From Bacteriovoracaceae bacterium UBA7695 (lineage in GTDB: Bacteria > Bdellovibrionota > Bacteriovoracia > Bacteriovoracales > Bacteriovoracaceae): 50,396 nucleotides of DNA. Made by a program: the position numbers and the translations under genes. Below are positions 19,703 through 29,781 of this stretch, piece after piece (position 1 is the stretch's first letter; each line of letters starts with the position of its first letter). Where the stretch lies: contig DLGL01000106.1 in NCBI GenBank assembly GCA_002482685.1, forward strand, positions 1-50,396, written 5' to 3'. The notes below the pieces were generated by a model that had not been told where the DNA came from, did no database searches, and saw only the letters and a program-made list of their open reading frames with translations.

Positions 19703-19798
19703 TTAGCCAATATATGCCCGTACATTATTACGGTCATCATATTTTTATTGAACACTGTAAGATTAATTTATTACTAATATCATTAATTAGACCCAAAT

Positions 19799-19825
19799 AA
19801 AAAAGGCTCCGAAAGGAGCCTTTTT
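19799..19825 (-). terminator. Rho-independent terminator after the sigma-54 activator gene
   Basis: AAAAAAGGCTCC-GAAA-GGAGCCTTTTT hairpin flanked by A/T tracts, immediately after the stop at 19826. Confidence 0.88.
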
Positions 19826-21424
19826 CTATTCGCCAACGGCTCTTTTTTGAGCGCGTTTATCTAAACCATACTTTTCAACTTTCATAATCAACCCCGCCCT
19901 CGAAATCCCCAACTCTTTGGCCAATTTAGATTTATTAAAGGCACATCGCTTAAGTCCTTCACGGATCATAAGAATCTCTAATTCCTCAAGTGCATCTTTC
20001 AGAGATCCATCCGTCTTCACACCTTTCAGGAAGCTTCCACCTGATGAACTATGTGAGTGACCAGCAGACTCTCCGCTCTCAAGAATACGTGAGCTCAACA
20101 TATCCGGAGTAATCGTTTTATCTTCCCCAGCAAGAACCACTAAACGTTCAACTTCGTTTTGAAGTTCACGAACGTTACCTGGCCATGTGTGATCTAACAT
20201 CTTCTCAAGACACTTCTTCGAGAAAGTCTTAAGTGGAAGACCCGCTTCCTCACAACGCTTCTGAATAAAGAAGTCCATAAGGATAGGAATATCTTCCTGA
20301 CGCTCTTTGAGCGAAGGAAGAGCTACGTTAATGACGTTAATTCTGTAATAAAGATCTTCTCTGAACTCACCCTTAGCAATCATCTCTTTAAGTGGTTTGT
20401 TCGTTGCTGCGATCACGCGAACGTTTACTTTCTTCGGAGTTGTAGCTCCGACTTGCATGTACGTTCCTTCCTGAAGAATACGAAGCAGTTTAACCTGCAT
20501 CGAAGGAGACGTATCCCCGATCTCATCCAGGAACAATGTTCCGCCGTTAGCTACTTCGAATACACCTTTCTTATCTTTCACAGCACCTGTGAATGATCCT
20601 TTCACGTGACCAAACAATTCTGAGTCTAAAAGGTTATCGTTGAACGCTGAACAGTTCACGGCCATGAAGACCGCATCTTTTCTTGTTGAATTGTAATGGA
20701 TCGCTTTCGCTACCATTTCTTTACCTGTTCCGTTTTCCCCTTGAATCAGAATTGTTGATTCAGAGTTCGAAACTTTGGAAAGCAAGTGATAAACCTGCTG
20801 CATCTTTTTCGATTTACCAATCAGGTTATGGTAACGGTATTTATTTCCAAGCTCAGAGTTAAGATCCATAATGCGTGCTTCACGCTTAGAGATCTCACCG
20901 TGGAAACTTGCAACTTCTTCGGCCACAAGACCAACCAGCTCTTTCATATTGTCGAAATCTTTGTCAGAAAATTTCTTCATCTTCGCAACTGCCGCTTTCG
21001 CGTCAACTTCCGGAACTCCGCACTCACACATCTTAGCGACAACTTTCGCAGCATCTTCTGATGTGCAAGTATCTCTAAAGTAAGGGTAAGCAAAGATCGC
21101 ACCCTGAACATCTCCATCCACAATCACTTTCTGAGCGAACCCAAAGGCCTGAGGAAAAAATGATTCAAACTGAACCCAGTTCTGATCATGGCTTGCAAAA
21201 GTTTCAAACACTTTTTCTACGTCTGACTCAAGCCAGTCGTGTCCATAGCCCTGAGACATCTGAAGTTTAAAGAATGGTGACTTATAAGGGTAATCAGTCT
21301 GATTGATAAACTGAACTCTACCCTGCTCATCTGCATAGAAAATATCAAGGCCATACCAGCCTCCGATAATCTGCTCGAGCTTCTTATTTACGTGAAGTTC
21401 TTTAATGGATTTCCAATCAATCAT
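19826..21424 (-). CDS. Sigma-54-dependent enhancer-binding protein (Fis-type HTH) with a PocR-like N-terminal sensor
   Basis: [47 protein letters not shown] and C-terminal [12 protein letters not shown]. The ~170-aa N-terminus resembles the PocR fold by eye. Confidence 0.9.
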   Translation of the reverse strand: MIDWKSIKELHVNKKLEQIIGGWYGLDIFYADEQGRVQFINQTDYPYKSPFFKLQMSQGYGHDWLESDVEKVFETFASHDQNWVQFESFFPQAFGFAQKVIVDGDVQGAIFAYPYFRDTCTSEDAAKVVAKMCECGVPEVDAKAAVAKMKKFSDKDFDNMKELVGLVAEEVASFHGEISKREARIMDLNSELGNKYRYHNLIGKSKKMQQVYHLLSKVSNSESTILIQGENGTGKEMVAKAIHYNSTRKDAVFMAVNCSAFNDNLLDSELFGHVKGSFTGAVKDKKGVFEVANGGTLFLDEIGDTSPSMQVKLLRILQEGTYMQVGATTPKKVNVRVIAATNKPLKEMIAKGEFREDLYYRINVINVALPSLKERQEDIPILMDFFIQKRCEEAGLPLKTFSKKCLEKMLDHTWPGNVRELQNEVERLVVLAGEDKTITPDMLSSRILESGESAGHSHSSSGGSFLKGVKTDGSLKDALEELEILMIREGLKRCAFNKSKLAKELGISRAGLIMKVEKYGLDKRAQKRAVGE

Positions 21425-21484
21425 GATGTTTCTCCTGCCTATTAAATGCCCATTCCATGAACATTATTTTTGTAATCGTCTAAC

Positions 21485-21511
21485 TTATCGGCAGATTGTA
21501 GGAATTCTTGA
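21485..21511 (-). promoter_or_regulatory. Sigma-28 (FliA) promoter upstream of the sigma-54 activator
   Basis: Minus strand reads TCAAG-aattcctacaatct (14 nt)-GCCGATAA, an exact match to the TCAAG-N14-GCCGATAA consensus, about 60 nt upstream of ATG 21424. Confidence 0.72.
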
Positions 21512-21540
21512 CAGGTGATTTGTAGAGATGCGGATTTTAT

Positions 21541-22119
21541 TTACAGTTTATGGGTGCTAATTTGCAGAAGTTCGTCAAAAGTTTGGAAAAACATGGTCTT
21601 ATTCCACTCCTGAGGGCCCTCAAACTTACGGAGTGTGGTCTTATCCGACGAAAACACAAAGGTTTCTGGTACACGGGTCGTCCCATAGGCTTCCCGGTGA
21701 ACCTGCGAATTATCAATCAACCAATAGATCGACGCTTTTGAAGGAATACCTAAGGTCTGGAGGTGTTTTTTCACCTTAATTACTTCATCGTTGGCAGCTA
21801 CCAAAAGAAAGCGCACATTCGGTTGCCCTTCAAATCGCTTTATAAGCCCTAACAGATCCGGTAGCTCAGCTTCACAAGGGGCACACCAGGTTCCCCAAAA
21901 ATGCACCATTAAGAGCTCCACACGCTCTTTCTCATAGAATGCGTTCACATCAAAAACTTCGCCCTCCAAAGTGGTAAACACTGAGGGAGGTAACTTGCTT
22001 AAAACAGCTTCTGCCTGGATGTCGGTGACAAGTTGTGAGTTCAGCGAGTTCTTCTGGTAAACAGAGTACCCAACAGCGGCTGCAATAATGAGGAGAATGG
22101 CTAAAATTCGATATTTCAT
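21541..22119 (-). CDS. TlpA/ResA-like membrane-anchored thiol-disulfide oxidoreductase
   Basis: N-terminal TM anchor, HFWGTWCAPCEAELP active site and cis-Pro loop VPETF. Confidence 0.88.
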   Translation of the reverse strand: MKYRILAILLIIAAAVGYSVYQKNSLNSQLVTDIQAEAVLSKLPPSVFTTLEGEVFDVNAFYEKERVELLMVHFWGTWCAPCEAELPDLLGLIKRFEGQPNVRFLLVAANDEVIKVKKHLQTLGIPSKASIYWLIDNSQVHREAYGTTRVPETFVFSSDKTTLRKFEGPQEWNKTMFFQTFDELLQISTHKL

Positions 22120-22122
22120 GGC

Positions 22123-22151
22123 AAAAAAAAACCTTCCCGAAGGAAGGTTTT
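22123..22151 (-). terminator. Rho-independent terminator of the alpha operon (after rplQ)
   Basis: Minus strand AAAACCTTCC-TTCG-GGAAGG followed by a T9 run; cUUCGg tetraloop. Confidence 0.88.
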
Positions 22152-22161
22152 GAATTTTTTC

Positions 22162-22518
22162 TTAGTCTACGAAAGCTATGATAGCTTCTTTAGCACCATC
22201 ACCAAGACGGCCTTCAGCAATCTTAAGTAGACGAGTGTATCCACCTGGACGCTGCTTGTGCTTAGGAGCAACTACATCGAAAAGAGCCTTTACAGCTTCT
22301 TTATTATTTAGCTTAGTGAAAGCTAAACGACGGTTAGCAATCGTATCAACTTTAGCTAGAGTAACAAGCTTCTCAACGAAAGGCTTGATAGCGCGAGCCT
22401 TAGTATCAGTTGTTCTGATTTTCTCGTGAGTGATCAACTCGATAGCAAGGTTTTGTACCAATGCTTTTCTGTGTTGAGGTTTAACTCCGAGTTTATATTT
22501 GTGGCAACCGTGTCTCAT
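22162..22518 (-). CDS. rplQ: 50S ribosomal protein L17
   Basis: MRHG..HRKAL, HEKIRTT and RPGGYTR motifs; follows rpoA. Confidence 0.97.
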   Translation of the reverse strand: MRHGCHKYKLGVKPQHRKALVQNLAIELITHEKIRTTDTKARAIKPFVEKLVTLAKVDTIANRRLAFTKLNNKEAVKALFDVVAPKHKQRPGGYTRLLKIAEGRLGDGAKEAIIAFVD

Positions 22519-22543
22519 AAAAATCTCCTAAAAGAACGCTATC

Positions 22544-23563
22544 TTATTCAGCGTGCTGAACCTGTTTCATAATGTTGTCGACTTTCATACCAAGTCCAAG
22601 TCCCATGCCCGAAAGGATCTCTTTAATTTCGTTAAGAGATTTACGGCCAAAGTTCTTAGTACGAAGCATTTCGCCTTCAGTCTTAGAAACGAGCTCATAG
22701 ATATATTTAATATTAGCATTCTGTAAACAGTTAGCTGAACGAACAGATAGTTCAAGTTCAGAAACCGGTTTAAGAAGTGCTTCGTTAGCAACACCAGCAC
22801 CACCACTAGAAGTCGTAGTTGATTTAACTTCAGCTGGAGCATCCTTATCTTCAAAGTTAAGGAATACAGAAAGCTGGTCACGAAGGATTTTAGCTGAGAT
22901 CGCAACGGCGTCTACAGGGTCAATTCCAGCGTTAGTCCAAACTTCAAGTGTAAGCTTATCGTAGTCAGTTCTCTTACCAACACGTGAGTTAGTCACAGTG
23001 TAGTTCACACGGTGAACTGGAGAGAAAAGAGTATCGATATAGATCCAACCAACCGGAAGGTCGAAATTATCTTTGTTATCAAGTGCAGTTACATAACCTT
23101 TTCCACGAGAAACTTTCAATTCCATGCGGATAGATCCACCAGAAGAAACGTTTGCAATAACGTGATCAGGGTTAAGAACTTTAACGTGGGCATTTTCCTG
23201 GATATCAGAAGCTTTTACAGCGCCTTCAGAGTTCTTCTCAAGGATAAGAGTAACTTCTTCTTTATCAGTAATCTTAAAGCGGATTTCTTTAAGGTTAAGG
23301 ATGATTTCAGAAACTTCTTCTTTGATGTTATTGATTGTGCCGAACTCGTGGTCCACACCATCAACTTTAACAGCAACGATACCTGCACCCTGAAGTGAAG
23401 ATAAAAGAACACGTCTAAGAGAGTTACCAAGAGTTAATCCGTAACCGCGCTCAAGTGGCTTGGCAGTGAATTTACCGTAGTTCGACTTAAGACCTTCAGT
23501 ATCAACTTCAAGAGCTGCCGGACGAATCATTCCAGCCCAATTTTTATTCATATATGAATTCAT
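22544..23563 (-). CDS. rpoA: RNA polymerase alpha subunit
   Basis: [21 protein letters not shown] and [21 protein letters not shown] at 23563 follows AGGAG. Confidence 0.98.
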   Translation of the reverse strand: MNSYMNKNWAGMIRPAALEVDTEGLKSNYGKFTAKPLERGYGLTLGNSLRRVLLSSLQGAGIVAVKVDGVDHEFGTINNIKEEVSEIILNLKEIRFKITDKEEVTLILEKNSEGAVKASDIQENAHVKVLNPDHVIANVSSGGSIRMELKVSRGKGYVTALDNKDNFDLPVGWIYIDTLFSPVHRVNYTVTNSRVGKRTDYDKLTLEVWTNAGIDPVDAVAISAKILRDQLSVFLNFEDKDAPAEVKSTTTSSGGAGVANEALLKPVSELELSVRSANCLQNANIKYIYELVSKTEGEMLRTKNFGRKSLNEIKEILSGMGLGLGMKVDNIMKQVQHAE

Positions 23564-23607
23564 CAAAATCTCCTAATAAAACAGTGGATACGAAAAACCA
23601 GCGACGC

Positions 23608-24033
23608 TTATACTCTTCTTCTCTTAGGAGCACGACAGCCGTTGTGTGGCATCGGACTCATATCTGCTACAGAAGTAATCTTCAGACCAGCAGCTAGAAG
23701 AGCGCGGATTGCGTTTTCGCGACCAGCACCAGGACCTTTAACCTTAACGTCTACAGACATAAGGCCACATTCAGCAGCTTTTTTAGCAGCTTCTTGTGAT
23801 GCTACCTGAGCAGCAAATGGAGTTGATTTTTTAGAACCACGGAAGCCTAATCCACCAGCAGATGCCCAAACAACTGCGTTTCCATCAGCATCACTGATCG
23901 TAACGATCGTGTTGTTGAAAGATGCGTGAATGTGACAAACACCGTGAGAAAGATTCTTACGAGCTTTTTTCTTTGTCGTCTTATTTCCGCCAGCAGATTT
24001 TGCATTAGCGGCTTGTGCGTTAGTTTGAGCCAT
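23608..24033 (-). CDS. rpsK: 30S ribosomal protein S11
   Basis: [19 protein letters not shown] and [13 protein letters not shown]. Confidence 0.98.
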   Translation of the reverse strand: MAQTNAQAANAKSAGGNKTTKKKARKNLSHGVCHIHASFNNTIVTISDADGNAVVWASAGGLGFRGSKKSTPFAAQVASQEAAKKAAECGLMSVDVKVKGPGAGRENAIRALLAAGLKITSVADMSPMPHNGCRAPKRRRV

Positions 24034-24044
24034 TTAGTCCTACC

Positions 24045-24425
24045 TTATTTCATCGCTTTAATAGATTTTTTACCTGCAATTGCTACCGCAGGACCTTTAC
24101 GTGTGCGTGCATTTGTATGCGTACGCTGACCACGAACAGGTAAACCCTTACGGTGACGAATTCCACGGTAACAACCAAGGTCTTTAAGACGCTTGATATT
24201 CAAAGCTACTTCACGACGAAGATCACCTTCTACAGTGTACTCATCTAAAGCAGCACGAATTGCTTGTACTTGCTCTTCAGTAATTTCGTTTGAACTTGTC
24301 TCTAGGCCAATGCCAACTTTCGTTAGAACATCGACTGCTACTTTTGGACCTACACCATAGATTGAACGAAGAGCGATCTTCATTGCTTTGTTTCTTGGTA
24401 AGTCTACACCTAATAAACGTGCCAT
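24045..24425 (-). CDS. rpsM: 30S ribosomal protein S13
   Basis: [10 protein letters not shown] and [17 protein letters not shown]. Confidence 0.98.
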   Translation of the reverse strand: MARLLGVDLPRNKAMKIALRSIYGVGPKVAVDVLTKVGIGLETSSNEITEEQVQAIRAALDEYTVEGDLRREVALNIKRLKDLGCYRGIRHRKGLPVRGQRTHTNARTRKGPAVAIAGKKSIKAMK

Positions 24426-24439
24426 ATCTTATTCCCCTA

Positions 24440-24556
24440 CTAGCCTTGTTTTTGCTTATGTTTTGGATTTACTTTACAAATAACTCGTAAAACACCTTCG
24501 CGCTTTACAACTTTACAATCTTTACAGATCGGTTTGACTGATGAACGTACTTTCAT
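24440..24556 (-). CDS. rpmJ: 50S ribosomal protein L36 (zinc-binding form); not in the ORF track
   Basis: Hand translation [38 protein letters not shown], located between infA and rpsM. Confidence 0.97.
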   Translation of the reverse strand: MKVRSSVKPICKDCKVVKREGVLRVICKVNPKHKQKQG

Positions 24557-24558
24557 AA

Positions 24559-24783
24559 TTAACCCTTGCTTCTAAAAATGATTCGACCCTTATCTAGGTC
24601 ATATTTACTAATCTCGATCACTACTTTGTCGCCAGGTAGGATTTTGATAAAATTCATTCTCATCTTCCCGGAAATGTGGGCTAAAACCACGTGTCCGTTG
24701 GGAAGTTTTACTCTAAAACGAGTGTTGGGTAAAAGTTCAAGTACTTCCCCTTCCACTTCAATTGTGTCAGTTGATTCCGCCAT
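24559..24783 (-). CDS. infA: Translation initiation factor IF-1
   Basis: [28 protein letters not shown]. Confidence 0.98.
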   Translation of the reverse strand: MAESTDTIEVEGEVLELLPNTRFRVKLPNGHVVLAHISGKMRMNFIKILPGDKVVIEISKYDLDKGRIIFRSKG

Positions 24784-24854
24784 GCCCTTCCTAAAAAGTA
24801 GGTGAACTTATATAAAAAAATAAACTATAAGACAATAAATTTAATTCTGAAACG

Positions 24855-25493
24855 TCACACTTTTGACGAGATCAAATTAAAGATCGCGTCAGGGGACTGT
24901 TCAGCATCAACCTTAATCAAACGCCCAAGGTCTTGGTAGTACTTTAGGACAGGAGAAACCGTATCTTGAAACACCTGGAGGCGGTTCTTAATCACGTCTT
25001 CTTTGTCATCGGCCCTCTGTTTGAGGTCTGTACCGCCGCACTGGTCGCACGTGCCTGTTATCTTAGGCTTTTTTGAAATCAGGTTATATATAGCACCACA
25101 ATTTCCACATGTCCTACGGTTTGTTAATCGCTCAACTAGCCTGGCCACATCAATTTCAAAATAAACGCCTATTGAAGGGGATCCTTTTAGGACTTCTTTA
25201 TCCAAGGTTTGTGCCTGGCTAAGATTCCGAGGGTATCCATCAAAAATGTACTGATGAGCCGCTAAATCAACGTTGGCTTGCAACAATCGAATAACAAGGT
25301 CATCGGAAACAAGTTTTCCTTCATCCATCACTTTCTTAACTTCAAGTCCAAGTGCAGATTGCTTAGCAATTTCTGCTCTTAGTAGGTCGCCGGTCGAGAT
25401 ATGTTTGAAGCTTTTGTCGGCTACAAATTTCCCGGCCTGTGTTCCTTTACCAGAGCCTGGGGCTCCAATGAAGATAAGGTGAGATTTCATCAT
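24855..25493 (-). CDS. adk: Adenylate kinase (zinc LID form)
   Basis: GAPGSGKGTQA, HISTGDLLR, DGYPR and CGNC..CDQC. Confidence 0.97.
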   Translation of the reverse strand: MMKSHLIFIGAPGSGKGTQAGKFVADKSFKHISTGDLLRAEIAKQSALGLEVKKVMDEGKLVSDDLVIRLLQANVDLAAHQYIFDGYPRNLSQAQTLDKEVLKGSPSIGVYFEIDVARLVERLTNRRTCGNCGAIYNLISKKPKITGTCDQCGGTDLKQRADDKEDVIKNRLQVFQDTVSPVLKYYQDLGRLIKVDAEQSPDAIFNLISSKV

Positions 25494-26818
25494 TAAAACC
25501 TCTTTGCACCTGAATATTTGCCCTTAACTTTATAAGCAGTATCCAGACGTTGAGAGATCATAAATCCTTCCGCTTGTGCCATCGTATCGATAGCGACACC
25601 AACTAAGATCAGGAGTGAAGTTCCACCGAAGTAGAAAGGCACTTTTGCATAGTTGAAAAGGATAGCTGGCATAATACAAATTCCAGCTACGTAAATCGCA
25701 CCAACCAAAGTCAGGCGACTGATAACTTGATTTAAAAAGTCCGCAGTCTGCTCCCCAGGACGAATACCTGGGATGAATCCGCCATTTTTCTTAAGCGATT
25801 CTGAAACATCATCAGTTTTGAACTGAATCGTTGAGTAGAAATAAGCGAAAAAAATAATCAAACCAATAAAAACTAAATTATATAGCATCTTTCCCGGAAT
25901 GAAGAGTTGCTCAACATTCGTAAAGTATCCTTTGGCAGGACTGTCTTGAGGAATAAATTGAGAAATCGTCGTTGGAAAACCTAATAGCGCCGAAGCAAAA
26001 ATCGGAGGCATTACACCTGAGATATTTACCTTGATCGGTAAGTGAGAAGATTGCCCACCAAATACCCGGTTATTCACAACACGTTTTGCATACTGAACTG
26101 GAACTTTTCTAAACGCCCGTTCGACAAAAATGATGAACCAGAAAGAGATCAACATTATTGCAAGCACGATCAGTAAGTTAACAAAACTCATTTCACCGTT
26201 TTGGAGAAGTGAAAAAGTGTCTCGAATTCCTCGCGGAATACCAGCTGCAATACCAGCAAAGATAATTAAAGAAATACCGTTTCCGATACCTCTTTCAGTT
26301 ATTTGCTCGCCCAACCACATAACGAACATTGTACCAGCAGTTAGACTAATAACAGTTAGAAGTCGGAAAGACATTCCTGGGTCAATGACAACAGGCAGAC
26401 CATTTGGACTTCTAATATTCTCAAGACCAACAGCTAAGCCGTAACCTTGAAAAAAACAAAGAAGAACTGTGGCGTATCTAGTGTATTGAGAGATTTTTTT
26501 ATGTCCATCAGGCTCTTTCTGAAGCTCACCCAATGCTGGGATTGAGTACGAAAGAAGGCTGAAGATAATAGATGATGTAATGTAAGGCATGATCCCAAGA
26601 GCGAGTACGGAGAAACGCTCTAGAGCACCGCCGCTAAATGTGTTAAAAACGCTAAAAAGAGACCCCTTCATTCCATCAAAGAATGAAGAGAGAGCTGCTC
26701 CATCAACACCTGGTGTAGGCACTTGCGTAGCAACTCGGTAAACTCCCAACATCAATATTGTAAAGAAAACTCGTTTTTTTAACTCTTCTAATTTTGATCC
26801 GTTCGCGTTCGATGACAT
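25493..26818 (-). CDS. secY: Preprotein translocase subunit SecY
   Basis: ALGIMPYITSSII, WLGEQITERGIGNGISLIIF, IPGIRPG and FGGTSLLI. Confidence 0.98.
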   Translation of the reverse strand: MSSNANGSKLEELKKRVFFTILMLGVYRVATQVPTPGVDGAALSSFFDGMKGSLFSVFNTFSGGALERFSVLALGIMPYITSSIIFSLLSYSIPALGELQKEPDGHKKISQYTRYATVLLCFFQGYGLAVGLENIRSPNGLPVVIDPGMSFRLLTVISLTAGTMFVMWLGEQITERGIGNGISLIIFAGIAAGIPRGIRDTFSLLQNGEMSFVNLLIVLAIMLISFWFIIFVERAFRKVPVQYAKRVVNNRVFGGQSSHLPIKVNISGVMPPIFASALLGFPTTISQFIPQDSPAKGYFTNVEQLFIPGKMLYNLVFIGLIIFFAYFYSTIQFKTDDVSESLKKNGGFIPGIRPGEQTADFLNQVISRLTLVGAIYVAGICIMPAILFNYAKVPFYFGGTSLLILVGVAIDTMAQAEGFMISQRLDTAYKVKGKYSGAKRF

Positions 26819-26837
26819 CCCTGTATCCTTCTAAGAA

Positions 26838-27293
26838 TTAAGCATTCTCTACTTTGCCGCCAGCTTTTTTAATCAATTCTAAAGCTTTAGCAGAGAACTT
26901 TTCAATGCCTTTGAACGTCAGAGACTTATTAAATTCACCTTTAGCCAGGATTTTGATCGGAAGCGACTTATTGATACCGGCAAGGAAGCCTTTATCGATA
27001 AGAGTTTCGCGAGAAACTACCTCTGTACCAAATTTTACTGCAAGCTTTTCAAGGTTAACTACAGCGTAGTCAACTTTAAATGGAGCGTTAGAGAATCCAA
27101 CTTTCGGTAGACGGCGGTATAAAGGCATTTGTCCACCCTCGAAACCGATGCGTGTTCCGCCACCGTTACGAGCTTTTTGACCTTTGTGACCTTTACCAGC
27201 TTGTGTACCTTGACCAGAGCCCTGACCACGACCAATGCGCTTGATATTTTTGTGAGCACCTTTAGGGCTTTTGAGAGTCGTTAAAGTTAACAT
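26838..27293 (-). CDS. rplO: 50S ribosomal protein L15
   Basis: GRGQGSG..GHKGQKAR..GFEGGQMPLYRRLPK. Confidence 0.98.
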   Translation of the reverse strand: MLTLTTLKSPKGAHKNIKRIGRGQGSGQGTQAGKGHKGQKARNGGGTRIGFEGGQMPLYRRLPKVGFSNAPFKVDYAVVNLEKLAVKFGTEVVSRETLIDKGFLAGINKSLPIKILAKGEFNKSLTFKGIEKFSAKALELIKKAGGKVENA

Positions 27294-27305
27294 GTGAATC
27301 CCCTA

Positions 27306-27485
27306 TTATTTTACGATCTCAAGCCATTGAATCATAGCTTTGATCATTCCACGAACTGCAGGAGTATTCTCGAGAGTTCTAACGTGATTGATTCTTCTAA
27401 GACCCAAGCCTTTAATTGTAGCTTGTTGCTTCTCAGTTGATCCAATCGGACTTCTTATAAGTTTAACTGTAATTTGCTTATTCAT
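27306..27485 (-). CDS. rpmD: 50S ribosomal protein L30; not in the ORF track
   Basis: Hand translation MNKQITVKLIRSPIGSTEKQQATIKGLGLRRINHVRTLENTPAVRGMIKAMIQWLEIVK*. Confidence 0.96.
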   Translation of the reverse strand: MNKQITVKLIRSPIGSTEKQQATIKGLGLRRINHVRTLENTPAVRGMIKAMIQWLEIVK

Positions 27486-27493
27486 ATTGATCC

Positions 27494-28114
27494 TTAAGCT
27501 TTTGTAGCTTTAGCCTTCAAACGAAGACCTTTAGCGTTTACACCGCGAGCAGTTGCAATCTCTTCAAGAGAGCGAAGGCTTTTAAGTGCTTTGAAAGTAG
27601 CTTTTACAATGTTGTGCGGGTTTTGACCACGAACAGACTTTGTAAGAACGTTTTTTACACCAGCAAGTTCAAGAATTGAACGGCAAGCACCAGCTGCCTT
27701 AATCCCTGTACCTTCTCCGGCAGGTTTAAGAAGAACTTGTCCAGCACCAAAAAGTCCTAAAACTTCGTGTGGAATAGTTCCATTATCAATTGATACCTTG
27801 ATCATGCGCTTAGAAGCTTTCATACCAGCCTTACGGATAGCATCTGGAACTTCTTTTGCTTTACCAAGACCGTAACCAACTCTACCGTTTTTATCACCAA
27901 CGACGATAAGAGCAGCGAACGAGAAACGACGTCCACCCTTAACGACTTTAGCAACACGGTTAACAGCTACTACTCTTTCTTCAAAGTCAGGATTTAATCC
28001 CTCAGTAACTGGCTTTTTCTGCTCAGGACGAGGAGCACGTTGAGGACGCTTTCCGCCCTTCTTGTCACCCTTCGCTTCTACTTCATTATTTTCGTTGTTG
28101 TTTTCTTCGCTCAT
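27494..28114 (-). CDS. rpsE: 30S ribosomal protein S5 (charged N-terminal extension)
   Basis: [19 protein letters not shown] and GKAKEVP. Confidence 0.98.
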   Translation of the reverse strand: MSEENNNENNEVEAKGDKKGGKRPQRAPRPEQKKPVTEGLNPDFEERVVAVNRVAKVVKGGRRFSFAALIVVGDKNGRVGYGLGKAKEVPDAIRKAGMKASKRMIKVSIDNGTIPHEVLGLFGAGQVLLKPAGEGTGIKAAGACRSILELAGVKNVLTKSVRGQNPHNIVKATFKALKSLRSLEEIATARGVNAKGLRLKAKATKA

Positions 28115-28127
28115 ATAGATCCCCTAA

Positions 28128-28502
28128 TTAAATTTGAATACCGTTTTCGCGGATAGCATCAGCAAGTGCTTTAATCACACCTGTGTACTGCTTACCACTT
28201 CTGTCAAAAACGGCTTTGCTCAGGTTGCTCTTCTTAAGCGTAGCCGCTACTTCAGCACCAACTTTTTTGGCACTTTCAGCATTACAGTTGTTAGCAACTT
28301 TCGTCTTTCCATAAGTCTGGACAGAGAAGATTGTAGCTGAAGCAACATCATCAATCGCTTGTACGCGAAGATGCTTGTTAGATTTAGTAACAGCTAAACG
28401 AGGCTTATCAGCTGAACCAATAACCTTTTTTCTGATCGCGAGTTTACGGCGATATTCTTTAGCTTTGGTTTCATTTTTAATTTTTGCAGAATTCTTTCTC
28501 AT
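28128..28502 (-). CDS. rplR: 50S ribosomal protein L18
   Basis: PRLAVTKSNKH, VFDRSG..YTG and operon position. Confidence 0.95.
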   Translation of the reverse strand: MRKNSAKIKNETKAKEYRRKLAIRKKVIGSADKPRLAVTKSNKHLRVQAIDDVASATIFSVQTYGKTKVANNCNAESAKKVGAEVAATLKKSNLSKAVFDRSGKQYTGVIKALADAIRENGIQI

Positions 28503-28515
28503 AATATTTTACCTA

Positions 28516-29055
28516 TTATTTTTTAGCGCCAGTTTTACCGGCTTTTCTGATGATCTTCTCATCGATGTACTTCAAGCCCTTACCTTTGTAAGGCTCTGGC
28601 TCTCTGAACGACCGCACTTGTGCTGCTACGAAACCAACGAGTTCTTTATCACTTCCGTGGATCTCGATAGTGTTCTTGTTTACTTTCGCTTCAACACCCT
28701 TTGGAAGCTTATAGTCGATTGGGTGAGAGTAACCTAAGTTCAATGTAAGAGTAGAACCAGCAACTGCTGCTTTATAACCTACACCGTTGAACTCAAGCGT
28801 CTTCACGAAACCTGTTGTTACACCAGTAACCATGTTACCAAGTACTGTACGAGACATTCCCCACATTGCTTTCGCAGCTGTAGATTCTTCAGCAGGGCTC
28901 ACGTTAATGACCTTGTCTGCTTTCTCGATTTTTACTTCCTTACGGAATGTATATTTAAGTTCGCCTTTTGGGCCCTTAACAGTCACTTCTGACCCGTTAA
29001 TTTTAACTTCTACTTTATCTGGAATGCCAATTGGCGCTTTACCGATACGTGACAT
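28516..29055 (-). CDS. rplF: 50S ribosomal protein L6
   Basis: MSRIGK start at 29055; GVGYKA, LGYSHP and PEPYKGKG. Confidence 0.98.
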   Translation of the reverse strand: MSRIGKAPIGIPDKVEVKINGSEVTVKGPKGELKYTFRKEVKIEKADKVINVSPAEESTAAKAMWGMSRTVLGNMVTGVTTGFVKTLEFNGVGYKAAVAGSTLTLNLGYSHPIDYKLPKGVEAKVNKNTIEIHGSDKELVGFVAAQVRSFREPEPYKGKGLKYIDEKIIRKAGKTGAKK

Positions 29056-29067
29056 AAATCTCTCCAA

Positions 29068-29451
29068 TTACCAAATGTTACAAATAATTTCGCCACCAAG
29101 CTTCAGAGAGGCTGCTTTACGAGAAGAAATGATTCCCGCAGAAGTAGACACAATCGAAACACCAAGTCCTGATAGAACTCGAGGCATTTCTGTGTAGCCT
29201 TTATAAACTCTCAAACCTGGAGAAGAAATACGTTTAATACCAACAATTGCGTTCTCTTTCAGGCCAACACGAATCGTGATTTCTGATGGAGATTTAGCAG
29301 CGATTTTGAAAGACTTGATATAGCCTTCTTCTTTCAATACACGGCAAATGTTAGCTTTAATTTTACTTGCAGGAATATCACACTTATCAAGGCCAGCCTT
29401 GTTAGCGTTACGGATTCGAGTAAGCATATCTGCGATAGGGTCTGTCATCAT
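29068..29451 (-). CDS. rpsH: 30S ribosomal protein S8
   Basis: TDPIADMLTRIRNA, SSPGLRVY and GGEII. Confidence 0.98.
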   Translation of the reverse strand: MMTDPIADMLTRIRNANKAGLDKCDIPASKIKANICRVLKEEGYIKSFKIAAKSPSEITIRVGLKENAIVGIKRISSPGLRVYKGYTEMPRVLSGLGVSIVSTSAGIISSRKAASLKLGGEIICNIW

Positions 29452-29467
29452 AAATTGTTCCTTTTCC

Positions 29468-29773
29468 TTACCAGCTAGCTTTAGTCACACCAGGGATGAG
29501 ACCATTGTTAGCAAGTTCACGAAATTTGTTTCGACATAATTTAAAGTCAGAGTAAACAGCACGTGGACGTCCTGTTAGCTCACAACGGTTTCTGATTCTG
29601 TTAGGGTTACCGTTACGTGGAATCTTTTGAAGTTTCGCACGAGCAGCATCTCTTTCTTCGTCAGAAAGTTTCATGTCTACAGCTTTCGCTCTAAGAACTG
29701 CAGCTTTAGGGCCGTACTTCTTAGCAAGTTTTTCTCTTCTCTTATTTTTAATGACTGCGCTTAAACGTGCCAT
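29468..29773 (-). CDS. rpsN: 30S ribosomal protein S14, long non-zinc form
   Basis: [28 protein letters not shown]; 101 aa with no CxxC pairs. Confidence 0.97.
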   Translation of the reverse strand: MARLSAVIKNKRREKLAKKYGPKAAVLRAKAVDMKLSDEERDAARAKLQKIPRNGNPNRIRNRCELTGRPRAVYSDFKLCRNKFRELANNGLIPGVTKASW

Positions 29774-29781
29774 AAAACCTC

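Noticed and set aside
19703-19798. Sigma-54 promoter linking the adjacent activator to the CheB-CheR/phytochrome operon
   Set aside because: No TGGCAC-N5-TTGC-like motif was seen, and a strong terminator separates the genes.
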